Below are positions 40,270 to 49,663 of a DNA stretch of 64,000 nt, in pieces. Position 1 is the stretch's first letter, and each line of letters begins with the position of its first letter. The notes beneath the pieces are model-generated. The model worked only from the letters and a program-made list of their open reading frames with translations, ran no database searches and was not told the origin of the DNA. The position numbers and the translations under genes were made by a program. The DNA is from Minisyncoccota bacterium (GTDB lineage: Bacteria; Patescibacteriota; Minisyncoccia; Phycocordibacterales; UBA9973): positions 15,601 to 79,600 of the forward strand of contig DASYKZ010000007.1 of assembly GCA_035994985.1 (NCBI GenBank), in the 5' to 3' direction.

Positions 40270-43200
40270 TTATTCTTTATTTGATTTGTCCTTGTTCTTC
40301 ATTAAGTTCACGTCAAGCGCGAGTCCCCGCAGGTAGTTGAGGAGGACATTGAATGAGGCCGGAGAATTCGGCGGTCTGATGGTTTCATTTTTTATAATGG
40401 AATCAAATGTCGCAGAACGGCCGGCAATGTCATCGGATTTAATCGTAAGCATTTCGCGGAGCGTATACGCCGCGCCGTATCCCTCGAGCGCCCAGACTTC
40501 CATTTCTCCGAATCTTTGTCCTCCGCCTTGGGCCTTTCCGCCAAGCGGCTGTTGGGTAATCAGCGAGTAAGGCCCGATTGAACGCATGTGAATCTTGTCT
40601 TCCACCATGTGGTGCAGCTTGAGCATATACATATAGCCCACAGCCACATCCTGCTTGAAAGCTTCTCCGGTGCGTCCGTCAAAAAGTTTCAGTTTGCCAT
40701 TTTCCGGCAAGCCGGCTTTTTTCAATTCTTCTTTTATTTCTTCCTGTTGCGCTCCTAAAAACGGCGGAGTTATCGCTTGGTAGCCGAGCGCATGTGCTGC
40801 CATACCAAGATGCATTTCTAAAATTTGTCCTAGGTTCATACGAGATGGAACGCCGAGTGGAGAGAGTATGATGTCTATCGGAGTGCCGTCCGCTGTGTAT
40901 GGCATATCTTCTTCGGGTAAAATTGTTGATATAACTCCCTTGTTTCCATGCCGCCCTGAAAGCTTGTCTCCGATTGAAATATTTCTGATTTGAGCGACTT
41001 CGATAACAATTTTTTTGATGATGCCTGCCTCAAGAGAATGCCCAAGGTCGCGGGAGAAAATTTTCACGCCGATTATGCGTCCGCGCTTGCCGTGTTCCAT
41101 GCGAAGCGACGTGTCTTTTACATCACGGGCTTTTTCGGCAAAGATACTGCGGAGCAATCTCTCTTCCGGTGTAAGCTCAGTCTCCCCCTTTGGGGTAATT
41201 TTGCCGACTAAAATATCATTTTCCCTGACTTCAGCGCCGATACGGACTACTCCGTCTTCGTCCAAATCTTTTAGTTTTAGTTCACCAATGTTTGGGATAT
41301 CTCTCGTGGTAATCTCGGGTCCTAGCTTGGTATCGCGAACTACACAGGTAAATTCTTCAAGGTAAATACTGGTAAATTTGCTCTTTTTTACCAAGCGTTC
41401 GGAAATAATAATCGCGTCTTCGTAGTTTGAACCGGACCAGGACAGAAAGGCCACAAAAATATTTTGTCCGATTGAAATCTGTCCGTCCACAGTGCTGCTG
41501 GTATCCGCGAGGACATCGCCTTTTTTGACTTTATCGCCGACATTTACTGCCGGACGCTGATGGAATACGGAGAAATTGTTATTCCTCATGAAGTTCACTA
41601 AGTCATACGTTTTCTTTTTATCAGACTTATCTCCCTTGCCTGCGACGATTATTTTTCTCGCGTCTACATATGAGACGGCTCCGTCTTCTGTGGCAATGAC
41701 TAGCCTGCCGGAGTCTCTGGATGCCAATTCTTCCACGCCTGTAGCCACAAGCGGAGCTTCGGGAAGGACGCAGGGCACAGCCTGCTTCTGCATGTTTGAG
41801 CCCATGAGCGCTCTGTTGGCATCATTGTGTTCCAGGAATGGAATAAGAGAGGTGGCGATAGAAAACGCCTGGTTGGCGGCGACGTCGATGAAGTCAATCT
41901 CCATGCGGGAGACAGTGCCAGGCTCTGTCTTTAGCCTTGCCTCTACTTTTTCTTCAGTTATTTTTCCCTTCTCATCATAGGGTATTCCGGCATGGGCGAT
42001 GTTGTATTTTTCTTCTTCAAGAGCGTTCAGGTACTGAATCTCGCCGGTTATCATGCCTTTTTTTACTTTGATGTACGGAGTTTCAATGATTCCAAATTCA
42101 TTTATTTTTGCGTATGTAGAAAGGTGAAGAATCAGACCGATGTTCGGACCTTCAGGGGTATGTATCGGACAGACTCTGCCGTAGTGGCTCGGATGCACGT
42201 CGCGGACTTCGAGTCCTGCGCGCTCACGCGTGAGTCCGCCCGGCCCAAGAGCTGACAATGTACGCAAGTGCTCCATTTCGTTGAGCACGTTTTCCTGCGC
42301 CATAAATTGCGAAAGCTGGTTGGTAGTAAAAAACTCCTTGATGCGGGCCTGCAGCGGACGCTGGTTTATGATAGCTATCGGCATCGCGGTATCCACATCG
42401 ATGATAGACATACGGTCTTGAATATTTCTCTTGATTTGCATCAGTCCGGTGCGGACTTTTTGCTGGAGAATTTCTCCGACAAAACGTACCCGCCTCTGGC
42501 CCAAGTGGTCGATATCATCGCTATGGGCTCCCGGTGTATTGTTTAATAAAATAATATTATTGACTACAGTCACCAAGTCTTCTTTGTCAATAGTTCTCCT
42601 AGCCATTTCTTTTTCATCCATTCCTTTATCGAAACGCTGGTTGAACCGAAAGCGGCCGACCGGAGAAAGGTCATAGCGCTCTTTGGTAAATAAAGAATTG
42701 ATAAATTCCTTGGCGTTGTCGGCTGTAGCCATGTCGCCATCCCGGAGGCGTTTATATATTTCTATATATGCTTCACTAAGTGTTTTTGCTGTATCTTTTG
42801 CAAAACAAGCTTTCAACACTGCTTCTGTATGCTCGTCCGTACCAAATGCTTTTAGGATTGCTTCGTTTGTTTCAAAACCAAGCACGCGCAACAAGCTCGT
42901 GACTGGGAATTTTCTTTTCTTGTCTATTCGTACATAAATCGCTCCGTCAGATTCGGACTCTATCTCAATCCAGACTCCTCGGGCCGGAATGATTTTCGCG
43001 CCAAAATATTTACTTCCCTTGGATTCAGAACCGGTGAAGAATACACCAAAGCTGCGGGCAAGCTGCGGCACGATGACGCGCTCTACGCCGTTTATGATAA
43101 ACGTGCCATGAGAAGTCATAAGCGGAAGGTCAGACATGAATATCTCCTGCTCTTTTACAGTGCCTAAAATTTTATTGGTCAATTTTACGCGGGCCTTCAA

Positions 43201-43473
43201 TGTGCCGTTGTAGGAAAGTTTATTTATCTTGGCATGATTTTCATCGTATTTACATTCTTCGAGTGAAAAAGAAGAAAAATCCAGCTGGAACTTTTTGCCG
43301 GAGTAATCGTTTATAGGAGAAAATTCTTTAAAAACTTCGCCAATACCGGTCTCTACGAGCCACTTAAAACTCTTGAGCTGAGCTTCAATCAGGTTTGGGA
43401 AAGGTGCCAGCGGCTTCTTATATCGAGAAAAATACTTTTTAGGCAATGAGGATTTGTTTGATTGAGTTTGCAT
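40270..43473 (-). CDS. rpoB: RNA polymerase beta subunit
   Basis: GDKLSGRHGNKG, GGQRFGEME, RDVHPSHYGR; ATG at 43473. Confidence 0.98.
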   Translation of the reverse strand: MQTQSNKSSLPKKYFSRYKKPLAPFPNLIEAQLKSFKWLVETGIGEVFKEFSPINDYSGKKFQLDFSSFSLEECKYDENHAKINKLSYNGTLKARVKLTNKILGTVKEQEIFMSDLPLMTSHGTFIINGVERVIVPQLARSFGVFFTGSESKGSKYFGAKIIPARGVWIEIESESDGAIYVRIDKKRKFPVTSLLRVLGFETNEAILKAFGTDEHTEAVLKACFAKDTAKTLSEAYIEIYKRLRDGDMATADNAKEFINSLFTKERYDLSPVGRFRFNQRFDKGMDEKEMARRTIDKEDLVTVVNNIILLNNTPGAHSDDIDHLGQRRVRFVGEILQQKVRTGLMQIKRNIQDRMSIIDVDTAMPIAIINQRPLQARIKEFFTTNQLSQFMAQENVLNEMEHLRTLSALGPGGLTRERAGLEVRDVHPSHYGRVCPIHTPEGPNIGLILHLSTYAKINEFGIIETPYIKVKKGMITGEIQYLNALEEEKYNIAHAGIPYDEKGKITEEKVEARLKTEPGTVSRMEIDFIDVAANQAFSIATSLIPFLEHNDANRALMGSNMQKQAVPCVLPEAPLVATGVEELASRDSGRLVIATEDGAVSYVDARKIIVAGKGDKSDKKKTYDLVNFMRNNNFSVFHQRPAVNVGDKVKKGDVLADTSSTVDGQISIGQNIFVAFLSWSGSNYEDAIIISERLVKKSKFTSIYLEEFTCVVRDTKLGPEITTRDIPNIGELKLKDLDEDGVVRIGAEVRENDILVGKITPKGETELTPEERLLRSIFAEKARDVKDTSLRMEHGKRGRIIGVKIFSRDLGHSLEAGIIKKIVIEVAQIRNISIGDKLSGRHGNKGVISTILPEEDMPYTADGTPIDIILSPLGVPSRMNLGQILEMHLGMAAHALGYQAITPPFLGAQQEEIKEELKKAGLPENGKLKLFDGRTGEAFKQDVAVGYMYMLKLHHMVEDKIHMRSIGPYSLITQQPLGGKAQGGGQRFGEMEVWALEGYGAAYTLREMLTIKSDDIAGRSATFDSIIKNETIRPPNSPASFNVLLNYLRGLALDVNLMKNKDKSNKE

Positions 43474-43561
43474 AATAAACAAAAAAGCCGTTTAGAGCTT
43501 GTAAATTAAGGTTATTAATAAGGAGATTGCATCAATTACTCAATCAGTGAATCACTTACAA

Positions 43562-43588
43562 GTATACTCATCTAAATTTTTTTGTCAA
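43562..43588 (-). promoter_or_regulatory. Sigma70 promoter for rpoBC
   Basis: Minus-strand TTGACA and TATACT with a slightly short spacer. Confidence 0.55.
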
Positions 43589-43818
43589 ATTTAGTTTGTG
43601 TATACTTGCTTTATAAGCGCAAACATGTTTTTATTTAAGTGAAAGGAGAACAAACATTGTATGAAAAAAGTTATAATGTGGGTATCGTTGAATTTGACCA
43701 GCTAAACACCAGCGCGTCAGTGGAAGTTGGACCCCAGTGCGCATTAGCTAAAACCAACTAGGCCAGGATGGCCGAACTTCATCCTAAACAGATTACCTCG
43801 GATGAGGAATCTACATCG

Positions 43819-43851
43819 GGCGCCGGGGTTTATAACCTAGGCGCCTTTTTT
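43819..43851 (+). terminator. Intrinsic terminator on the + strand
   Basis: GGCGCCGGGGTT-TAT-AACCTAGGCGCC-TTTTTT. Confidence 0.7.
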
Positions 43852-43900
43852 ATTTCTTAGTTTTGTTCTTCCATTCATCTATTATCTTTTTATGAACTCT

Positions 43901-44899
43901 TTAGAAAAGGCCCATATGTCCCATGGATATATATGTCACATAGGAAATAATAGCGGCGGCGGGAATAGTAAGCAGCCATCCAAAAACTATTTTAGAAGTC
44001 ATTTTCCAGTGCACGCTTTGTATGTCTTGGGCACTTGAAACTCCTATGATACTGCCGGTAATCACATGAGTCGTGCTGACGGGAATACCAAGCGCAGTGC
44101 TGCCAAATAAGCTTATTGATCCTGCTGTCTCAGCGCAAGACCCGTCTATGGGTCTGATTTCCCGTACTATTTTTTTACCCATTGTCTCCACTATTCTCCA
44201 TCCACCCACGAAAGTTCCAAGCGCAATCGCTGCATGGGCCGACAAAACAACCCAAAGTGGAATATTGAAAGTCGAAAGAATCCCAGCCGACACAAGAAGG
44301 CCTGTGATAATACCCATAGTTTTTTGAGCATCATTGCCTCCATGGCCGAGACTGTATAGTGCGGCGGAAACAAGCTGGACTCTCCGTGACCATTTATCAA
44401 CTTTTGCAGGATGGGCTTTTATTTTATTTAATATTTTCTTTGAAATCAAAAAGAAAAGTCCGCCCAAAATAAAACCGATAACCGGGGCTATGAATATAAA
44501 AGCGATGGTTTTTGCCCATCCGCTGGCGATAATTACTCCAAACCCTCCTCTGGATATGGCAGCTCCGGCATAGCCGCCAATGAGCGCATGCGAGGAACTT
44601 GATGGCAGCCCAAAATACCAAGTTATCAAATTCCAAATAATAGCGCCTAAAAGGCCAGCTAAAATAACAGTGGGGGTAACGATTGAAATATCTATCAATC
44701 CTTTGCCGATGGTCTTGGCTACCGCGGTGCCAAAAATAAAAAACGCCACAAAATTAAAAAAAGCTGCCCAAATGACAGCTTGCCTCGGAGTCAAAACTTT
44801 TGTACTTACAATTGTAGCAATGGAATTTGCCGCATCGTGAGCGCCATTAGTAAAATCAAAAACAAGGGCAATAGCAATAATAAAAATTATATACTCCAT
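43901..44899 (-). CDS. Inorganic phosphate transporter (PiT family)
   Basis: NGAHDAANSIAT, PSSSSHA, GGNDAQK, PVSTTH. Confidence 0.95.
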   Translation of the reverse strand: MEYIIFIIAIALVFDFTNGAHDAANSIATIVSTKVLTPRQAVIWAAFFNFVAFFIFGTAVAKTIGKGLIDISIVTPTVILAGLLGAIIWNLITWYFGLPSSSSHALIGGYAGAAISRGGFGVIIASGWAKTIAFIFIAPVIGFILGGLFFLISKKILNKIKAHPAKVDKWSRRVQLVSAALYSLGHGGNDAQKTMGIITGLLVSAGILSTFNIPLWVVLSAHAAIALGTFVGGWRIVETMGKKIVREIRPIDGSCAETAGSISLFGSTALGIPVSTTHVITGSIIGVSSAQDIQSVHWKMTSKIVFGWLLTIPAAAIISYVTYISMGHMGLF

Positions 44900-44973
44900 C
44901 TAACTGTTTTTTAAATTGTTAATAACTGCGCCTAAATTGTATCCTTTTCCTTTGAAACAAGTCAACTTAATAC

Positions 44974-45624
44974 TTAGCGCTTCTTTTGCTTCCATTTATT
45001 TATTTCAGCGTGATTCCCTGAAAGCAAAACCTTGGGAACTTTATAGTTTTTACCTTTATATTTTAAAACCTCCGGGCGGGTGTATGCTTGCGCGCTCGAT
45101 ACCCTTCCTTCTTCCAGCGATTCATATGTACCCAAAACCCCCTTTACCTGACGGGAAATAGAATCTATTAAAACCATCGCCGGGAGCTCACCGCCGGTAA
45201 GCACATAGTCCCCTATGGATATTTCTTCGGCCTTGAGTATCTTTTGAACCCGCGCGTCTATGCCTTCATAACGGCCGGAAATTAAAATAATATCGGTGTA
45301 TTTCTTAGCAGCCATTTTTGCGTAGCTTGTGGTAAACTTTTTGCCGGCTGTGGAAAATAAAATTATTTTTGTCTTTTTTTTATCTTTTATTTTAATCCTC
45401 GTCTGTATTTTTTCATAGGCCTTCAGGAAAAATTCCGGGCGCAGCACCATTCCCGGCCCTCCGCCATACGGACGGCCGTCTATATGCTCTTTGGGCTTAG
45501 AGAAATCTATCGGGTTGTAAAATTTGATTGAGATTTTTTTATCCTTTATCGCCCGCCCTAAGATGGACTCCTTAAGATAAGAATCAAACATCTCGGGGAA
45601 AATTGTAATAATGTGAAAACGCAT
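44974..45624 (-). CDS. trmD: tRNA (guanine-N1)-methyltransferase
   Basis: PYGGGPGM, GRYEGID, SIGDYVLTGGE, YTRP, LSGNH. Confidence 0.97.
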   Translation of the reverse strand: MRFHIITIFPEMFDSYLKESILGRAIKDKKISIKFYNPIDFSKPKEHIDGRPYGGGPGMVLRPEFFLKAYEKIQTRIKIKDKKKTKIILFSTAGKKFTTSYAKMAAKKYTDIILISGRYEGIDARVQKILKAEEISIGDYVLTGGELPAMVLIDSISRQVKGVLGTYESLEEGRVSSAQAYTRPEVLKYKGKNYKVPKVLLSGNHAEINKWKQKKR

Positions 45625-45663
45625 AGGCTATTTATAGCACAGATTTATATATTTAAAAACTAG

Positions 45664-45691
45664 AAAAGCACCGACGATTGCCGGTGCTTTT
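45664..45691 (-). terminator. Terminator hairpin
   Basis: AAAAGCACCG...CGGTGCTTTT. Confidence 0.65.
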
Positions 45692-45699
45692 TCCGAGGA

Positions 45700-46200
45700 C
45701 TAATCGTCCTCGTTTGTGCCTTTATCAGACTCTATTTTGATTTTGAGTTTTCTTTTCGTGTATATGTTTAAAAAGAAAACGTAAACGAAACCAATTATAG
45801 CCAAGGTCGCCGAGACTATAAGATGAGCCAACATTGCCCATCTTGTCATCGTCCTGTTCCACAGCATATTCCCTAAAGCTTCGCGGATAGGTCCTCTATG
45901 TGAAAACAGGACGTGCGCAAAAGTTGTCAAAAAAGGAACAACAAAAGTACCGAGGACGACAACTACGATAGCTGAAATTTTACTGTGTTCCGGTTCTTGA
46001 GTCTTTATAAACTTAATAAACCGAATAAAAATCAAGAGCAGAAGCCCGCTTTTTACAGACCAGTCTATTAATTCTATTGCTAATGTAACATTATAGATTG
46101 CCACTGATGAACCAGAAAACTTTTGCGTCAAGTAGTAGTCAGCAAGTGCCAAGCCAACTGAAACGATTGCAAAACCAATAATAAAAAGAACTTTTTTCAT
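45700..46200 (-). CDS. Hypothetical membrane protein
   Basis: Four TM segments; inserted between khpA and trmD. Confidence 0.65.
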   Translation of the reverse strand: MKKVLFIIGFAIVSVGLALADYYLTQKFSGSSVAIYNVTLAIELIDWSVKSGLLLLIFIRFIKFIKTQEPEHSKISAIVVVVLGTFVVPFLTTFAHVLFSHRGPIREALGNMLWNRTMTRWAMLAHLIVSATLAIIGFVYVFFLNIYTKRKLKIKIESDKGTNEDD

Positions 46201-46234
46201 AATTTTACCTCTTTATTAGGTATTATACCATAAA

Positions 46235-46267
46235 AGTAAAAACACCCTAGAGCAGGGTGTTTTTACT
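46235..46267 (-). terminator. Terminator downstream of khpA
   Basis: AGTAAAAACACCCT-AGAGC-AGGGTGTTTTTACT. Confidence 0.7.
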
Positions 46268-46283
46268 AAAATTTAGAGATTAT

Positions 46284-46661
46284 CTATATTCCCTTCAAGT
46301 CATCCATCGCTTCATCAACTGTCTTAAATGAACTTGGAGTAGCTCCATGCCCCGGAGCTGGAGGAACGTAATTATCTTCTGCCGGTCGGCTGCTGCCCTG
46401 TGCTCCCTGGCCTCCTTCGGGCTCGTTTATCTTTAGGTTTACCCGGGCATTATTTTTCATACCGATTATTCTAAGAAGTGTGCGGATAGCTTTTGCCGTA
46501 TTTCCCATTCGTCCGATAATCTTGCCCATGTCGAGAGGGTTTACAGTAAGGCTGATTAGTACGCCCATTTCGTCTACTGTCCTGTCAATTTTTACGTCAT
46601 TCGGATTGTCTACGAGAGCTTTCACTACGTATTCTAGAAATATCTTGTCTGCTTCTTCCAT
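46284..46661 (-). CDS. khpA: KH-domain RNA-binding protein
   Basis: DMGKIIGRMGNTAKAIR; located after rpsP. Confidence 0.9.
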   Translation of the reverse strand: MEEADKIFLEYVVKALVDNPNDVKIDRTVDEMGVLISLTVNPLDMGKIIGRMGNTAKAIRTLLRIIGMKNNARVNLKINEPEGGQGAQGSSRPAEDNYVPPAPGHGATPSSFKTVDEAMDDLKGI

Positions 46662-46735
46662 ATTGTTAAAATATTATTCTTTTAATTAATCATGCAGCTT
46701 GCGACGGATAACTGCTTATCTGTAATTGTACTAAA

Positions 46736-47044
46736 TTATTTTTTCGCTTTCAACTCTTTTCGCTTCACTGTGGGCTTTTTCTTCGGCAGCACATTTTTCT
46801 TCTTGCCCTCCACAATTTTATCATGCACTAAAAAGTTGTGCATCGTGTCCGAGCACTGTGCCCCGTTTTTAATCCAGTGCTTTATCCTGTCTCCCTTCAA
46901 AGTCTTGACTCCAAGCTTTGGATTGTAGTTGCCGAGTATTTCTAAAAACTTGCCGCTTTTTGTGCTGTTCTTTGAGTCAGTCAAAACCACCCGAAATGCG
47001 GGGTCATTCTTCCTGCCTATCCTCTGAAGTCGTATTTTTAACAT
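46736..47044 (-). CDS. rpsP: 30S ribosomal protein S16
   Basis: MLKIRLQRIGRK, LGNYNP, WIKNGAQ. Confidence 0.97.
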   Translation of the reverse strand: MLKIRLQRIGRKNDPAFRVVLTDSKNSTKSGKFLEILGNYNPKLGVKTLKGDRIKHWIKNGAQCSDTMHNFLVHDKIVEGKKKNVLPKKKPTVKRKELKAKK

Positions 47045-47149
47045 TTCTGTAGCTTAACATAAATTACCAAAAAGGCAATATGAAGTGAAACAGCGCTGTT
47101 CGTAGAGATCTCCGGGATCTACAAACAACGCTGTATATTTTGGAAGCTT

Positions 47150-47590
47150 TCTCATTATTATCTCATCCCTAGAAGATGAGCAAATTCAGAAGATATGCTC
47201 CCTGTTTTTAACAAGGAATATGCTTCGGGTACAATTATTCCAATAGCAAGTGCGGCCACGATGGCAGATAGAACGCCGAACCAAAAATTTATATGCCTAT
47301 CTCCACTGTCATCTGTCACTCTTTAATCATTCTTCATAAATTACCCCTTTTTAGGATTATGAATTGGTTTTTCATCATCCGGTGGTTCGCTGTTTTCTGG
47401 AACTGTTTCCAGGGTTTCAGCAACTGGTTCTTCTTGTTGGGTTTTTTCTTCTCCACCAGGAGTAGAGAGTTGATTTATCTCGTGAGTAAGGTAATCAATG
47501 CTCACAATTTTTTCTCCTCTTTTGTTTTTTTCTCTTCTGGTGGACCAGAAGAAGGACTAAACGCCCTTTTTGTTCAAAATCTATATTTAG
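47150..47590 (-). pseudogene. Probable decayed gene
   Basis: Minus strand gives coding-like fragments in shifting frames (AFSPSSGPPEEKKTKEEKKL*, EEPVAETLETVPENSEPPDDEKPIHNPKKG*, TM-like FWFGVLSAIVAALAIGII) separated by stops. Confidence 0.4.
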
Positions 47591-47692
47591 TTTAACACAC
47601 AAAAACCTTGCTGTCAAAAAGGAGTTTGTGGCTGAATTTTGTGTTATATTTAAAAGGCATGTCCCGTTAGAAATAGACGGGCATTAACCAAT

Positions 47693-49663
47693 ATGAACAA
47701 AAATATGAAAGTTTCTAATGGGATGAAAAATACAAATAAATTACAGGGTAGGATATCGATTTCCTCCAAAGGCACAGGGTACGTAGCGGTGGGAGAAGAT
47801 AAAAACAAGGGCGAGGACCCCGAAATAGACTTCAAGCACCTCAATACTGCCCTTCATGGAGACATGGTAGAAATATTGCTCCACCCCAAAAAGGCAGGGC
47901 AACGGCAGAGAGCTGAAATATCAAATATAGTCTCTCGCGCAAAGATGAGCTTTGCCGGCGTATTGGAAATGGAAAACAATATGCTCTTCCTCCGACCGGA
48001 CGACAATAAAATGTACACCGATATTCTGGTGCCGAAGGAAAATTTAAACAACGCAAAAGCAGGACAAAAAGTTTTTGTGGAAATAGCGTCGTGGAAAGAT
48101 GCCCGCAAAGCGCCCATCGGCCGCGTGGTTAAAATTTTAGGAAATCCCGGAGACAATGACACAGAAATGCACGCCATAGCCATAGAAAAAGGCTTTGACT
48201 CGGAGCTTCCAAAAGCCGTGGAAATTGAGGCGCAGGAAATAAAAGCGTCCGGCATCCAGGAAAAAGATTACGCGGAGCGGCGCGATTTCAGAAAAGTACT
48301 TACCTTTACCATAGACCCTTCGGACGCCAAGGATTTTGACGATGCCATATCGTTTAAGGAAATAAAGAATGCCAAAGAAACTGAGTACGAGGTAGGCATC
48401 CATATCGCCGACGTGTCGTACTATGTGCGGCCAGGAAGCGAGCTAGACCATGAAGCGAGCGCCCGCGGCACCTCGGTGTACTTGGTAGATAGGACCATAC
48501 CCATGCTGCCGGAAATTCTTTCAAATGATTTATGCAGCTTGGTGCCAAACAAAGACCGGCTAACCATGAGCGCTGTTTTCACGCTGGACAAAAATGCCAA
48601 AGTAAAAAGCGAATGGTTTGGACGCACGGTGATACATTCGCAAAAGCGGTTTACCTATGAAGAAGCCGAAGAGTCAATAAAAAATCCAAAGGCTCTTTTA
48701 CACAATGAACTTTCTGTATTAAATGAATTAGCCAAAAAATTAACCAAGGAAAGATTCAGGGAGGGCGCCATATCGCTCGACCAGGAAGAAGTAAAGTTCG
48801 TCCTCAATATGTACGGCGTGCCCATAGATATAATAAAAAAGGAACGGGGCAACTCAAACAGGCTGATTGAAGAGTTTATGCTCTTGGCTAATAAAAAAGT
48901 GGCAAAGCTAATCGGAAGCGATGTAAAAGGTTCAAAAAATAAAAACGTCTCCATATACCGCATCCACGACCTGCCAAGCAAGGAAAAAATGGCCGACTTG
49001 GCGTTTTTCCTGCGAAACTTGGGCTATAAGGTTTCGCTCGTAGATGGCATCATTCCGAGCCATGAACTAAACAAGCTGCTCGGAAGCTTGGAGGGCAAGC
49101 CGGGGGGCGACGCGGTGCAGCGAGCCGTCATAAAATCCATGGCCAAGGCAATTTATTCCACAAAGAATATTGGCCACTACGGACTCGCCTTCCCCTACTA
49201 TACCCATTTCACTTCGCCGATTAGACGCTATCCGGACATCATAGTCCACAGGTTGCTTCAAGATTTTCTGTCACACACAAAAATCAAAAAACCGCATTTA
49301 CAGGAGGAATATGAAAAGATTGCGAGAATCGCCTCCGAGCAGGAAAAGCGGGCTACAGACGCGGAGAGGTCTTCTATAAAATACAAGCAGGTAGAATATA
49401 TGAGCAAGCGCATCGGAGAAAAATTCTTTGGTGTCATCAGCGGCATCACCGAGTGGGGCCTGTATGTGGAAGAAATCGAAACAAAATGCGAGGGACTGGT
49501 GCGCATGCGCGACATGAAAGATGATTTTTATGTTTTCAATGAAAAAAAGATGGAAATAACCGGACAAAAAAAGAAGAAGAGGTACCGGCTCGGCGACCGT
49601 GTTAAAATGAAAGTGCGCGGAGTCGACCTCGAGAGAAAAACAATAGAGTATGTTTTAGTATGA
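47693..49663 (+). CDS. rnr: Ribonuclease R
   Basis: TIDPSDAKDFDDA, HFTSPIRRYPD, C-terminal S1 domain; start uncertain. Confidence 0.95.
   Translation: MNKNMKVSNGMKNTNKLQGRISISSKGTGYVAVGEDKNKGEDPEIDFKHLNTALHGDMVEILLHPKKAGQRQRAEISNIVSRAKMSFAGVLEMENNMLFLRPDDNKMYTDILVPKENLNNAKAGQKVFVEIASWKDARKAPIGRVVKILGNPGDNDTEMHAIAIEKGFDSELPKAVEIEAQEIKASGIQEKDYAERRDFRKVLTFTIDPSDAKDFDDAISFKEIKNAKETEYEVGIHIADVSYYVRPGSELDHEASARGTSVYLVDRTIPMLPEILSNDLCSLVPNKDRLTMSAVFTLDKNAKVKSEWFGRTVIHSQKRFTYEEAEESIKNPKALLHNELSVLNELAKKLTKERFREGAISLDQEEVKFVLNMYGVPIDIIKKERGNSNRLIEEFMLLANKKVAKLIGSDVKGSKNKNVSIYRIHDLPSKEKMADLAFFLRNLGYKVSLVDGIIPSHELNKLLGSLEGKPGGDAVQRAVIKSMAKAIYSTKNIGHYGLAFPYYTHFTSPIRRYPDIIVHRLLQDFLSHTKIKKPHLQEEYEKIARIASEQEKRATDAERSSIKYKQVEYMSKRIGEKFFGVISGITEWGLYVEEIETKCEGLVRMRDMKDDFYVFNEKKMEITGQKKKKRYRLGDRVKMKVRGVDLERKTIEYVLV

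Noticed and set aside
33813-42937. Many + strand ORFs of 60-200 aa opposite rpoD, dnaG, rpoC and rpoB (similar ones occur opposite other core genes)
   Set aside because: Antisense shadows of well-conserved genes
47293-47595. 100-aa + strand ORF
   Set aside because: Phe/Ser-rich composition is typical of the antisense of a decayed minus-strand gene
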